A stretch of DNA of 64,000 nucleotides. Source: an uncultured candidate division Zixibacteria bacterium (GTDB lineage Bacteria; Zixibacteria; MSB-5A5; GN15; FEB-12). The stretch lies in contig CAVTJJ010000003.1 of the NCBI GenBank assembly GCA_963735035.1, positions 896,001 to 960,000 on the forward strand. The letters run 5' to 3'. The position numbers and the translations under genes were made by a program. The notes below the pieces were generated by a model. That model saw nothing but the letters and a program-made list of their open reading frames with translations, ran no database searches and had not been told where the DNA came from. Shown here piece after piece: positions 22,520 through 33,719 of this stretch (positions are counted from its first letter, which is position 1; every line of letters begins with the position of its first letter).

Positions 22520-23836
22520 TCACAACCCCAGCTTCTTCATCTTCTTGTACAAGTGCGAACGTTCCAAACCAAGCTGGCGCGCGGCCTCAGCGATGTTGCC
22601 GGAATTGCGATCGATTGTCGCTCTGATATGCGCACGCTCCGATCGTTCCATTGCGTCCTTCAGAGAAGTCGCTTCGTCGACCGGCAACTGCGGAAGAAAC
22701 GGTGCCAGGTCGCGTGCCGAGAGTGTCAGACTATCGCAGTAGATGTTCACCCGTTCGATCAGATTCTTCAACTCACGCACGTTGCCACGAAATGGCAAAC
22801 GCTGTAAGGCCGCGATCGCGTCCGGCTCGAGCCGCTTCCCCCCCACACCGGATTCGACTGCAAAGCGGCGAAGAAAGTGCTCGGCCAGAATCTGAATATC
22901 GGTCGGTCGCTCTCTCAGCGGCGGCAGCGACAATGTCACGACATTGAGGCGATAGTACAAATCCTGGCGAAACTTACCGGCAGCCACCATTTGCTCCAGG
23001 TCGCGATTCGAGGCAGCTATGATCACACAGTCAATCGTAATCACTTTGTCCGACCCGACCGGTGTTACCTGGCGCGTTTCGATCACGCGCAGAATCTTCG
23101 CCTGAGCCTCGGCCGGCATCTCGCTGATTTCATCGAGAAAGATCGTCCCATGATCGGCTTCGACAAACCGTCCAGCCCGATCATTCGCCGCACCGGTGAA
23201 CGCTCCCTTGACATGCCCGAACAATTCCGACTCGACCAATTCCGACGGCAGCGCGGCGCAGTTAACCGCGATAAACGGCCCGTCGACATTGCGACTGTGG
23301 CGATGAATCATGTGCGCGGCCAATTCCTTGCCGGTGCCGTTCTCTCCCAGGATCAGAAATCGCTTGGCGCGTGGCGCCGAGCGAACGATTTCATCGCGCA
23401 GTTTCTTGATAGGCTCCGACTCGCCGATCAGGTCGCCATAGACAATGTCGGCCAGTCGCACTTTTTCCGAGCGCAGACGGGTGGTGCGGGTGGCATTATC
23501 GAGTGTGATCAGGATCCGGTCGAGTGAAAGCGGCTTTTCGATAAAATCGTACGCCCCCAGATGAATCGCCTGGACCGCCGTATCGATATCGGCATTGCCG
23601 GAAATCATGACCACATTGGTCTCGGGACTGCGCGTTTGAATCTCTTTCAGCAGATCAATTCCCGAACCGTCGCCAAGGAACACGTCGAGGAATACCAGGT
23701 CGAAGATCGCTCGTGCGTATTGCTGACCCTGGGCAAAACTATCGACGGTGACACAATCATGCCCGCGCTTGCTCAGGGCGTCCTTCAGCGAACTTCGGAT
23801 GCTCGCCTCGTCATCTATTATCAACACGCGCGCCAT
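22520..23836 (-). CDS. Sigma54-dependent response regulator (NtrX/NtrC-like)
   Basis: REC domain, GENGTGKE, GAFTGA, FLDEI and a C-terminal Fis-type HTH. Confidence 0.95.
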   Translation of the reverse strand: MARVLIIDDEASIRSSLKDALSKRGHDCVTVDSFAQGQQYARAIFDLVFLDVFLGDGSGIDLLKEIQTRSPETNVVMISGNADIDTAVQAIHLGAYDFIEKPLSLDRILITLDNATRTTRLRSEKVRLADIVYGDLIGESEPIKKLRDEIVRSAPRAKRFLILGENGTGKELAAHMIHRHSRNVDGPFIAVNCAALPSELVESELFGHVKGAFTGAANDRAGRFVEADHGTIFLDEISEMPAEAQAKILRVIETRQVTPVGSDKVITIDCVIIAASNRDLEQMVAAGKFRQDLYYRLNVVTLSLPPLRERPTDIQILAEHFLRRFAVESGVGGKRLEPDAIAALQRLPFRGNVRELKNLIERVNIYCDSLTLSARDLAPFLPQLPVDEATSLKDAMERSERAHIRATIDRNSGNIAEAARQLGLERSHLYKKMKKLGL

Positions 23837-25479
23837 CAGTCTTGCGGAAGCCGGACGGTCACTTCCGCGCCTCCTTCCCTGCGGTTGTTCAGTTCGATGT
23901 GACCACCGTGATCGTGGACGATCCTCTGGCAGATAGCCAGGCCGAGTCCTGAGCCGCTCTTCTTAGTCGACAAGTAAGGTTCAAACTGCCGGGCGAGAAC
24001 ATTCTCGGAGAAACCGGGGCCGTTATCGGCGACGTTTATGAGCAGCGCTTTCTCATCGTCCGCGAGAGTCACTCTTACCTTCGAAGACTCGCCGGCTTCG
24101 AGACTATTCTTGATAAGATTGACCAATAGCTGTGTGATCATATCGGGATCTATTTGAACAGAGGTGCGCGCCATGTGCCGGTCAATGGACAAGCGCCCAC
24201 CCACAATCTCTGACTGGTAAAGCGTCTGCAGTTTCTCTACCAATGTCCCTGGTGGCACACTAAGGAGTTCCGGCGGTTTCATACGGGCGAAGGCTACAAA
24301 TTCATCGAGCAGGCGTGTCAGGCGATTGACTTCGCTCTTGATCAGGCGCGTGCTGGTGTCAAGCGTCTGATCGAATCCGGGCAGCCGCTCCTGATACGAC
24401 CGCCTCAAGTCATCGGCGCTCAGACCAATCGGCGTGAGTGGATTCTTGATTTCATGGGCGATCTTCCGCGCCATCGACTGCCACGCCGCGATCTTCTCGG
24501 TGGTTGCTAGCCGTTCCTGTGACAGCCGGAGCTTGCGAGTCATCTCGCTGAACGAATCGGCTAAGTGCGAAAACTCGCCTTCCGAATACGCCATCACCGT
24601 CGTGTCCAGATCGCCCGAGGCCACTCGCCCGAAAGCACCCATTAGGTTTTCGAACTCCCGGCGCATTCTGACCGAGATGAATATCCCCAGCGCCACGGCG
24701 GCGAGGACCGATGCAAGCGCCACGAGACTGATTGCGTTGGTAAACGAAGCCATTGCTGCACTCTTGTCGGGCGGCTCAAATTTGGCCAGCACCGAATAGC
24801 CGGCTTGACTGTCGGCGAGTAACACCGCCTGCAGGGTATCCCTCTCCCGGTACATCGTGCCGCTCGTGGCATCTGATTGCCGGGAAGAACCCATCGTATC
24901 TTGAACGATCGCGATCTCTATGCGCCCGCGCAAAAGTTTCTCTGCGGTGGGGATGAAACGCCGTTCGAGATAATATCCGCCATAGAGATAATAGCTGTTG
25001 ATTCCTTTTCGAGTGCCTGTAACGGCCGCATGGGCTCCTTCAATATCATACTCCACAGTTTGCCACTGTCGGGTACTGTCCCCTGCCAAAGACTTGTAGG
25101 TCTGCTCTAGTATTTCTCCGATAAGTCCAGGGCGTTCCGCCGAGGCGACAATCCGGCCGGTCGAATCTGCGATTTCGTAGAAGTCGAGCCCGAACCCACG
25201 CGCATCGGCAAACGTCACCTGCGCTGCTTTGTTGCGCTCAATGAGCTTGACCGAGCGTTCGAACCAATTACTCTGTACCGCATTCTCCAGCGCCGTGCCT
25301 AGTTGATCTTGAAGTTGCAGCCGATATTCCAGCAGCTTGCTAAGATCGGCGGCCGCTGCTTCCCGATAACGCGTCTCTTCCTGTCTGGACGAATAGGTAT
25401 ACACCACCATCATCATCAAGACAGGCGGCAGGAGCGCTACCGCGATCAAGATCAATCGTATTCGGGACGTGAAACTCAT
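23836..25479 (-). CDS. HAMP sensor histidine kinase (NtrY-like)
   Basis: Two TMs, HAMP, AWQSMARKIAHEIKNPLTPI and GSGLGL. ATGA overlap with the upstream gene. Confidence 0.9.
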   Translation of the reverse strand: MSFTSRIRLILIAVALLPPVLMMMVVYTYSSRQEETRYREAAAADLSKLLEYRLQLQDQLGTALENAVQSNWFERSVKLIERNKAAQVTFADARGFGLDFYEIADSTGRIVASAERPGLIGEILEQTYKSLAGDSTRQWQTVEYDIEGAHAAVTGTRKGINSYYLYGGYYLERRFIPTAEKLLRGRIEIAIVQDTMGSSRQSDATSGTMYRERDTLQAVLLADSQAGYSVLAKFEPPDKSAAMASFTNAISLVALASVLAAVALGIFISVRMRREFENLMGAFGRVASGDLDTTVMAYSEGEFSHLADSFSEMTRKLRLSQERLATTEKIAAWQSMARKIAHEIKNPLTPIGLSADDLRRSYQERLPGFDQTLDTSTRLIKSEVNRLTRLLDEFVAFARMKPPELLSVPPGTLVEKLQTLYQSEIVGGRLSIDRHMARTSVQIDPDMITQLLVNLIKNSLEAGESSKVRVTLADDEKALLINVADNGPGFSENVLARQFEPYLSTKKSGSGLGLAICQRIVHDHGGHIELNNRREGGAEVTVRLPQD

Positions 25480-26714
25480 CGAACGACTCCCGTTCGCGCT
25501 TCGGGAAGCCGTACGATTATGGCCCGGCTGCAATCAACGCGCCCCTCAGGAGTGATAGTAGCATTCCTCAGGCACTTGTGCGTGTGGACATGCAGCATTG
25601 GACGAAATAGCGGAAAGAGACCGATATCCTCGGACATGATCCGGCTGACCGTTTCGAGATGGCGGCTGCTGTCCTCAGCGTTGAGAGATCCTACCAGTCC
25701 GGACAATTCCAGCCGGATCCGTCGAAGATACTCCGCCGGTGACGTTCCGCCGACACTGTCGCGCACCATCAGGCCCAACAGCGTATCCATGACCAGCCTC
25801 GGTGAGGCCTCACTGTATGGGACGAACTCAATGCTGAGGTCGGCGAGACCGCGGTCATGGGTGACTTCAACTGCGCACCGATCGCGGGACAGCATATCGG
25901 CAAAATATCGCGTGATGCCGTCCAGCGCCGGGTGACCGGAATACAACCTAATCCGCGACGGCCGCTTCGACAGTCGCTCAAACAGTCTCTTCCCGCGCGA
26001 CGGGTCAAAATCGTACCAACGAGGGAGTGTCGTCGAACTGGACGATGATGCGTAGAGACGATTTACCGGGGAAATCTCACCACCCTTGAAACAGAGCGCC
26101 AATCGACTATCGTCGAAACGGTAGTAGAGCGAGGTCGTCAGCTCCCCATGATAATTGAACGCTTTCCCGATCTGGGGGACTATGACTGCAACGAAGGGAC
26201 TGGGCGCCTCCAGTGTATTCGTGTCCCCGGCAGGAGGATCTACATCGTACAGTGTGACGATGGCATCAAGTTGCCCAGCGGCAAAGTCGTCGCGCATGGC
26301 GTCGACATCTTCGTATTCCGTCCAACGGACACGATCATTGAGAGGGATATCCCCTCTCAGAGGAAGACTGTAGAAATCGGAGCCGATTGTGATCGTCTGC
26401 AGGCTGTCCACTTCGGCCTGCGCAATGACCGCTTCGAGACCGGTCAGTGAAACAGTGTCGAGAAATCCCTTAGTCGGTGCGCTGACCGAGATGCCCTTCC
26501 AACTATGTTCGATAAGACCGGAGTAGACGATGATACCGTTTCTTACAATTCTAAACGGCGTGTTTTCGAAGATGAGTGCTTCTTCGCCGGCCGGGAAATA
26601 GAGTCGGTCCTGCCTCAGTTCAAATGCGGGTGTGCGCCACTCGGCCGCATGGAGCGTGACTGAAACCAGTATCCCCACACAGAGCACTAACCCAATTTTT
26701 GATCCCACGCGCAT
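25476..26714 (-). CDS. Exported hypothetical protein; C-terminal part weakly resembles family-5 solute-binding proteins
   Basis: Signal peptide; YDFDPSRGKRL resembles 'YDPEKAKELL'; translationally coupled to the kinase. Confidence 0.6.
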   Translation of the reverse strand: MRVGSKIGLVLCVGILVSVTLHAAEWRTPAFELRQDRLYFPAGEEALIFENTPFRIVRNGIIVYSGLIEHSWKGISVSAPTKGFLDTVSLTGLEAVIAQAEVDSLQTITIGSDFYSLPLRGDIPLNDRVRWTEYEDVDAMRDDFAAGQLDAIVTLYDVDPPAGDTNTLEAPSPFVAVIVPQIGKAFNYHGELTTSLYYRFDDSRLALCFKGGEISPVNRLYASSSSSTTLPRWYDFDPSRGKRLFERLSKRPSRIRLYSGHPALDGITRYFADMLSRDRCAVEVTHDRGLADLSIEFVPYSEASPRLVMDTLLGLMVRDSVGGTSPAEYLRRIRLELSGLVGSLNAEDSSRHLETVSRIMSEDIGLFPLFRPMLHVHTHKCLRNATITPEGRVDCSRAIIVRLPEARTGVVR

Positions 26715-26753
26715 TCTTGATCTCCTGGGCAGAACTTAAGTCAACAAACCGCC

Positions 26754-26914
26754 TGTGTCAATCCAGACACATGTAATTTCTTATTATACAACGGAATAGC
26801 CGCCCGCACTTCAGATTGTGTCTGAATGGACACGGTTCGGCACGTCATTCGAACCCTTCCAAATGCTTATGTCGCTGTGTCGCAAGTGCTTACGTTAGTG
26901 GCACAAGGTTTGTA
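26754..26914 (+). promoter_or_regulatory. Putative sigma54 promoter with two enhancer palindromes
   Basis: TGTGTC-N6-GACACA (26754-26771), TGTGTC-N6-GACACG (26817-26834) and TGGCAC-N5-TTGTA (26899-26914). Confidence 0.5.
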
Positions 26915-26953
26915 TTGACCCGAATCAGCAATTTAACCAAAGGAGAATAGGAT

Positions 26954-28006
26954 ATGAAAAAGTCAGCTTTCTTGATCGCCCTCCTGGCCTCACTGGTCGG
27001 GATATCACTCGTATTCGTCGGCTGTGCCGACAAGAACAGCCGCAAAGGCGCGTCCGAACCCATGGCTCAGGCGCTCGATTCAACCGCGCGTGACCAGGTC
27101 GGTGAGGAACCGGCAAGGTCTGCTATGACCACCGCGATTCGCGCGTCGGATTTTCAGATCGGAGATTCCGAGCTGCCGACTATCAACGATCTGTATGCTT
27201 CGAATGACAACATCTACGCCGCCCACGAAAAGGGACTGATGATCTACAACCTGAAAACTGCGGACTATACCGTTGCCCCGGTGGATGACGATCTCTGGAG
27301 CATCGTCGCCAATAACGACAGCGTCTATGTTGGCGGCGACTATCTCTATCAACTAGTAGGAAGCGAACTGCAGAAGATCGAGGAAGGTTTTCCGGGACAG
27401 ATCAATGACCTCTGCTGGTTTGGTCCGTCGCTTATGATCGGCACCGACTCGGGTCTCTACGCCCGTACGCTCTCGGAGTGTGTGCCGCTCCTTAACGAAG
27501 TGAACGTCACGTCTATGGTGGCGGACGGCTCCGTGCTCTGGATAGGCACTGGCGGAGACGGTCTGTACCGGTGGGATGGCAACGTCTTTCAGAAGCGGTA
27601 TCTGACACGGGATTCGTCGCTTTTTGACAACGTCAGCGCGCTGGCATACAGCCACGGCCATCTCTATGTCGGTACCGATAACGGTATGTTTGTCTACGAC
27701 GGCGGTCGGTGGGAGACGGTTTCGATTGACCAGGGAATGCCCAGCAATGAAATCGTGAGTCTTGACGCCGACGGATGGATTGTGTACGTCGGGACGTCAG
27801 GCGGTACCGTTACCTGGTATCAGGACAAAGTGGCTCCGGTTAAGCATCTCGACGAGACCATCGTGACCGCTTTCTGCCGCTCCGGCAATCGAATCATCGC
27901 TGGCACTCTCTACAACGGTCTGGCGATCAAGAACGGCCCGACGGTCGCGTATGTGACTGCTCCCTGGCTGCCGGATACGAAGAGCCTGGCGACAACTTTG
28001 CAGTAG
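26954..28006 (+). CDS. Lipoprotein with beta-propeller-like repeats
   Basis: Lipobox VFVGC; repeated LWIGT/LYVGT..GL blades; AAGGAG RBS. Confidence 0.8.
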   Translation: MKKSAFLIALLASLVGISLVFVGCADKNSRKGASEPMAQALDSTARDQVGEEPARSAMTTAIRASDFQIGDSELPTINDLYASNDNIYAAHEKGLMIYNLKTADYTVAPVDDDLWSIVANNDSVYVGGDYLYQLVGSELQKIEEGFPGQINDLCWFGPSLMIGTDSGLYARTLSECVPLLNEVNVTSMVADGSVLWIGTGGDGLYRWDGNVFQKRYLTRDSSLFDNVSALAYSHGHLYVGTDNGMFVYDGGRWETVSIDQGMPSNEIVSLDADGWIVYVGTSGGTVTWYQDKVAPVKHLDETIVTAFCRSGNRIIAGTLYNGLAIKNGPTVAYVTAPWLPDTKSLATTLQ

Positions 28007-28075
28007 TGAATGAGTAGTTCGGTCCGAAACCCGAAAAGGGTCGGGCCGGACACTCAGGGGGTGAAGGGGAGGGAA

Positions 28076-28106
28076 GCCTCCTCCGGTCTCGAACCGGGGG
28101 AGGTTC
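28076..28106. terminator. Hairpin between convergent genes
   Basis: GCCTCCTCCGGT-CTCGA-ACCGGGGGAGGT. Confidence 0.5.
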
Positions 28107-28163
28107 TAATTTGGGACATGACAACGATATACTACGACCTGATTACGATTGTTAATCCGCCGG

Positions 28164-31100
28164 TCACTTTAGCAGCAACATCTTCTTAGAGTCGCTGAAT
28201 CTCTCCGTCGTGATCGTATAAAGATATACGCCGCTAGCCACGGAAACGCCCATGCTGTTTCGTCCGTCCCAAACCGCTTCATACCGTCCGGCCGGACGGG
28301 TCTCGTCGACTAGCACCCTGACCTGTTCACCCAGGATGTTGTAGATTGCCAGCTTGATATGCGCCCGTTCCGGAAGGGCAAAGCTGATGGTCGTGGACGG
28401 ATTGAACGGATTGGGGTAATTCTGTCCCAACTCGAATTGCTCGGGAAGCAGAGATCCACTGCCGTGGTCGTCAATACCGGTAGGAGCGTTGGTCGTGAAA
28501 GCGGCATAAACACCGGCGGCTGAAATTTCCGTACTTACCTCATTCCTCGAAGAGTCAACGGCACCGCCGACCAGAGCCCAGTCGGCAAACCCGTCATCCC
28601 AGCGATAAATGCGCAAGTAATTCTCCAGCGGATCTCCGGTCGACGAGTATAGATCTTGATCCGAATACCTGATGATGAGGTGATTACCGCCACTCAGTGG
28701 GAGGGCAGGATCAACGGCCAGGGAAATCGCATCGCCACCCTGCATCGCGCCCGCATCGAGCCCGGTTCGAATTACCGGATACGCCGAGCTCATCAGCATA
28801 AACCTCTTGATGCTTCCGCCAGGTCCGGCAATCCTTAGTTCTGAACTCCCATTCGGCCCCGAAATTCTTGCCGCCGGAGCTGTCGAATCAACAGTACTTG
28901 TAATATATGGATTCAGGAAGAAGAAGGAATGGGCCGAATCATCGGTTGCATTCACCGTGAAAATACCATCAACGCCAAGGCTGTCCGGTAACGTGGCGCT
29001 ATATCCGCCGGCAGTCAATCCCAATGAAGAAATCTGGGTTGACCCCGACGAAGAAGAAAGCTCAAATGAAGGAGGAGTACCAAAAGTCCGGGTAGCGCTG
29101 ACTGCGTAAGTTACATGCAGCGAATCGAGCTGAACGGAGCAGACTAATGGGTAGTACCCGGCAAGCGGCGATACATCCAGCGCATACGAAGAAACATTTC
29201 CCGGCGCGATGATACCGGAAAACCAGGTATCACTATTTGATGCAGCCAGGGCGGCCCCCGGAATTACACTGATCCGTCCGCTGCACATCACGGTATCGGT
29301 CGGCAGGTATCCGAGCAAACGCACGCGCCCGAAGTCGTCGGTCTGACCTTCGTCAATAAAGGTCTTACGGGCGTTGCGACGAATCATTACCCCGCTCTTT
29401 TTCAAACCGACTCCGGTCGTCTTGTCAGAAATCGTAATGGGAACCGTGCTCGCCCCCGAAGTTGTATGCGGAATCGGGAACTGTACCAACAGCCCGACAT
29501 TGTAGTCGAGCGCGAACGGAGTCTCCGGGTCATCATTTGGTCCGGGAATATAGTCCAATCCCGTGGCCAGGGTTCGGTCGCTTGGCCGGAGAATCGGCAC
29601 CTGCACACCTCGATCGGTATCGTAATATTCCGCCCAGGATTTGAGGAAATCCCAACAAGACATATTACGGTACTTGTACTGGGCGCTGTTGCGGCAGGAA
29701 ACATCGGTGTAACGAGCGGCCGAAGACATCTCCGAATTGTAGGGCCACCCGGCATTGTCGTACGCGTAATCCATATAGCCATAGTTGGCGGCGGCGGGAT
29801 CGACACAGCGACCGGTATCGGTCCGCTCCACGCCGGCCGAATCTACGAACCGGTACTCATCATAGAAGCCGAGTGCATAATGCCCAAATTCGTGGCAGCG
29901 CGTTCGGTAGTCAGAGGGAGCGGCAAGGTTCAAAGGGTACTCGGAATATGTGCCGTTGCGGGTGAGATCGTCACTACCAAACCATCGCGGCGGAAGACTC
30001 AAATACCCGCCCGGTTGGTTGATTCCGAAAACCTTGGCATTGGGCCAGACCATGTTACTGGCGCAAATCCGCATATCGGCTTCGCTCCACAGTCCGGCGT
30101 TGGTGAATATATCCACGGTATCGAGGCGAATCTGACCGTCGCTGACATCATACAGGTAATTCGAAAACTTCCTGAATCCGGTCTCCGTAGCACTGACATA
30201 TCCCGGATCCGCATCCCACTGAATAGACACGACCAAATTATAGGCCATAGTGGAATGACCAAGTTTTACCGGCTGAATCGTGTCCCCGGAGATCGTATCC
30301 CAGGTCATGTATCCCAAACTATCAAACTGGGCGTTATCGAGAAAGTGGCGATCCATGGTTTGTAGCACCGCCACGTGCTTATTGTAATCGGTCTTGGCCA
30401 GCATCAATTCAACCTTGAACATGGTCCCAATGTCGATTGAATCTTCCGGGAGTGTGATAATGCCCTTATCATCCGACACGAATGTACCCATCGGTGTTGA
30501 AGGATAGATAGGGGGATTCTTCTCTAACTTATAGACCTTCACCGTGTCCAGCGCTACGGGCATATTCCGCACGTCCACGAGCTTGAGCCGGATCTTCACG
30601 GGATCCAGCAAGATCCCTGACATTTGTCCGCCCAGGATGCCTCCGCCGATTATCTGCCCAGAATCATTGATCCCGTTGAATTCAAACAACTGCCAGCCGG
30701 AATCCTTGACTGTGACCGTGCCCGTACCGCCGTTCAAAAGATAGAATGGATAGTATCTTGCCCCGCCGGTCGGATAGGCGCCGCCAACGATATCCCCCCT
30801 GTTGTTCACTTTGTAACAGTAGCTATTGGCCACCCCACCCGTCTGGTAGAGATCTTTTATGACTTCGTCTCGCCACTCGCATGGATGCTGATACCCAAGT
30901 ACTTTCCCAACTCCCACGATCAGGCCGGAATCGTTGATATCGCGCGCCCAGGCGTCATTCCCGGGATACAGCAGCCCCAGGTCGGTCACCTGGCCGTTCT
31001 TATACAAGAAGCCATGTCCGACGGTATAAGGGGGCACGGTCAGGGCCACGTTCATCTGGCCCACGAACCAGCCGCTGTCGTTGATTCCATAGCCGCCCCC

Positions 31101-31580
31101 GGAGATTGGCACTACGGTCAGATTGCCCCCGGATAGAATCGCCGGATTGAGACCATCGGCGGTAGTCCCCGCAATGTCCCCATTATTGTTGATCGAACCT
31201 GCATAGCTGAGCTGGTCCAACGGAGTCAAACCACCCGCTGTGGTTGTAAAGAAGGCATGTTCCTTTCCGCTGTTGTCGGTGGCGTTTCCGACAATCATCC
31301 CCAGGTCATTAATGTCCCAGGCAACACCGGCATCCCCGCCGAGAGTCCCAAGGTCGGTCGTAACTCCACTTTGCCATACAAACGTATGAGTGACTGCGCC
31401 GTTGTTGATGACGATATCCCCGACTATCTCCCCTTTGACATTAATTCCTTCGGGAATGCAATAGTCGCCGCTGAGAGGATCGAGCGGAACTATGTGGTAG
31501 ATTCTGGCCGTGACCGATTGGCTGCACAAACAGAAGATTATCCCTAGCGGGACGCTAACCCGTGCGATAGAATTAGACAT
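28164..31580 (-). CDS. Large secreted protein: HAF-type repeats, zinc-metallopeptidase-like domain, C-terminal FlgD-Ig/sorting-like domain
   Basis: DLGTLGG..AWDIND.G.IVG/HAF repeats; HEFGHYALGFYDEY; QNYPNPFNP...SGVYLY...KKMLLLK. Confidence 0.85.
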   Translation of the reverse strand: MSNSIARVSVPLGIIFCLCSQSVTARIYHIVPLDPLSGDYCIPEGINVKGEIVGDIVINNGAVTHTFVWQSGVTTDLGTLGGDAGVAWDINDLGMIVGNATDNSGKEHAFFTTTAGGLTPLDQLSYAGSINNNGDIAGTTADGLNPAILSGGNLTVVPISGGGYGINDSGWFVGQMNVALTVPPYTVGHGFLYKNGQVTDLGLLYPGNDAWARDINDSGLIVGVGKVLGYQHPCEWRDEVIKDLYQTGGVANSYCYKVNNRGDIVGGAYPTGGARYYPFYLLNGGTGTVTVKDSGWQLFEFNGINDSGQIIGGGILGGQMSGILLDPVKIRLKLVDVRNMPVALDTVKVYKLEKNPPIYPSTPMGTFVSDDKGIITLPEDSIDIGTMFKVELMLAKTDYNKHVAVLQTMDRHFLDNAQFDSLGYMTWDTISGDTIQPVKLGHSTMAYNLVVSIQWDADPGYVSATETGFRKFSNYLYDVSDGQIRLDTVDIFTNAGLWSEADMRICASNMVWPNAKVFGINQPGGYLSLPPRWFGSDDLTRNGTYSEYPLNLAAPSDYRTRCHEFGHYALGFYDEYRFVDSAGVERTDTGRCVDPAAANYGYMDYAYDNAGWPYNSEMSSAARYTDVSCRNSAQYKYRNMSCWDFLKSWAEYYDTDRGVQVPILRPSDRTLATGLDYIPGPNDDPETPFALDYNVGLLVQFPIPHTTSGASTVPITISDKTTGVGLKKSGVMIRRNARKTFIDEGQTDDFGRVRLLGYLPTDTVMCSGRISVIPGAALAASNSDTWFSGIIAPGNVSSYALDVSPLAGYYPLVCSVQLDSLHVTYAVSATRTFGTPPSFELSSSSGSTQISSLGLTAGGYSATLPDSLGVDGIFTVNATDDSAHSFFFLNPYITSTVDSTAPAARISGPNGSSELRIAGPGGSIKRFMLMSSAYPVIRTGLDAGAMQGGDAISLAVDPALPLSGGNHLIIRYSDQDLYSSTGDPLENYLRIYRWDDGFADWALVGGAVDSSRNEVSTEISAAGVYAAFTTNAPTGIDDHGSGSLLPEQFELGQNYPNPFNPSTTISFALPERAHIKLAIYNILGEQVRVLVDETRPAGRYEAVWDGRNSMGVSVASGVYLYTITTERFSDSKKMLLLK

Positions 31581-32321
31581 GTCTGAGTTCCCTTAACTAG
31601 ACTTGCATATCTAAACCGCAATGTTTACAGTCGAACATTACCCTGTCAGTCAATTAACCACTGAGGACTACAAAAAGTTTCATTGTGGACATTGAGGACC
31701 CAACGTGACAGATGGGTTACGAGCTCCAACCTGGGAAGAGGGGTAAAGATGATCTGGGAGCGCCGATGCGCCGGACCGTGGAGAGTTGTCGGCAATCAAA
31801 ATGTGCGGCCGACATTGGCAGTGACGCCACAATATGTTCATCTTGTTGTACTAAGTTATTAGAGGACAAGGCATAGGCGGGGCTGGAGGAAATAGATGAC
31901 AATGCCCCTAACCGGATGGCGGCATACCAATCTATGAAGAGACGAAAATGATCGAAGTGGGCCGAAACGCTACCCTATTCGCGTTGCGGGACAAGGACTT
32001 GCGGATCATCGTGACCAAATTTTGGCCGTTCTTGGAGTCTTGTGTCACTTGAGCATGGACTTGCGTAGTCCATGCCATTCTGGAAATATCAGAAGAATGA
32101 TTATCGTCGCAGTTCAAGGCAGAGATTTTAGACGATAGATCTCGCCATTCTTTGTAGCGAGAAACTCCTGCACACCGTCTTCATGAAAGAGCAGCGAACT
32201 CAGTTGCCACGACACCCGGCATTACGACCGTGATCTTGACTCCCAGATGACTTCGTGCCAAGCAGGCGGGTAGTAGAATCAAGAGTTCTGTGGGAGCAAA
32301 GCTCGCCTTTCAGCTGCATAT

Positions 32322-33717
32322 TTAGTTTCGTTCTGGCCGCCTCGGGACCCTCAGCATAAATGTCGTCCCCTGGCCGGGAACGCTTTCGAGCGACACCTGG
32401 ATTTGAAGCAAATTACTCAGGCGCCGAACCAGGGCCAGGCCCAAGCCGAATCCTTTGGCTTGCTTATCGCCGACCGTCTCAACCCGATAGAACCGATTGA
32501 ACACTTTGTCGATCTGCTCCGGCGTCATTCCGGAACCATGATCGGTGATTGATATATCAATTCCTTCGCCGGATTCCTTTATGGCCACCGCGACCACCGA
32601 CTCTTCCGATGAATATTTTATCGCGTTGGAGATTAGATTCTCAAGTATCGCCGTGAGCAGTGTAGGATCGGAGCTGACAGTTGCAGAGTCGATAAACTCA
32701 AGTTGGAACGATATCCGCTTGGACCGGGCAAACGGATCCAGCCGCTCAAGCGTCTTCGCCATACTCTGGGCGACATCGACATTGGCAAGCTGCAATGGCT
32801 CCCCGCCGCTTTCGTATTTCGACACCAGCAACAACTGGTCTACCAGTCCGTTCATGCGGTCGATCTCAGCTATACAGTACTCTGAGCTTCTCTTCGTAAT
32901 GCTTTGGTTCGCGGGGTTGGCGTATCAGTACTTCCAGAGTGCCTTTGATGACCGCCAGCGGCGTCCGAAGTTCATGCGCCGCATCGGCCGCGAAGGTTTG
33001 TTCTCGCACAATCAGTTCTTGGAGTCGGTCGAGCAGATTATTGACTGTCGAAGAAAGTTGGCGCAGTTCACCGTGATCATTAGGAAGCGGAACTCGCTCT
33101 TCGAGATTCTCTCGGGAAATACGATCGGCGGTAGACATGAGTGAAACGATAGGCCGCACAATGCTGGCCCCAAACGCTCGACTAATGACGAGGATCACCC
33201 CTACCATCACGGGAAACGACAACAGCATGATCCACATCAGATCGTCCAGCAGATGTTTCGCTTCCGCGATCCCCATGCCCACAAGCAAGTATCCTTCGAG
33301 AACACCATCCCGGTTGACAAGCGGACCCTGTATCTGGCGAATCCACGTATTTCCCAGATTCTGCGACACCACAAAGGTGTCCGCGCGACCGGCATGGAAC
33401 TGAAGCCGAGTGTCCCGAAGGTTGGGTGACGTTCGCAGCACCGCGCCGTGAGCGTCGTTCGCCTGCAGGAGAACCGGCGCCACCGTGGCTTCTCCGTGTT
33501 CCCGCTCGGTCCAGTCGGGTTCAGCCAGAACGAACACGCGCCCGTCCTGGATAGACATGCTGCCGCCGACCTCGCCGAATTCGGCTTTCAGATCTTCGTC
33601 ATAATGGGAATAGAGAATCTTCGAGGCGCTCACGTATATAATGACATACACCAGGCCCACCAGAATACCGGTGGTGGCCAGATACACGAGCGCTATACGA
33701 TTCTTGAGACTGGGCAC
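32322..33717 (-). pseudogene. OmpR-family cognate sensor kinase, one frameshift near 32880 (likely error)
   Basis: HAMP and FAADAAHELRTPL in one frame; NAIKYS and GFGLGL in the next. Confidence 0.85.
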
Positions 33718-33719
33718 GG

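Noticed and set aside
31600..32300. Short ORFs in the intergenic region
   Set aside because: No recognisable motifs, RBS support or RNA structure.
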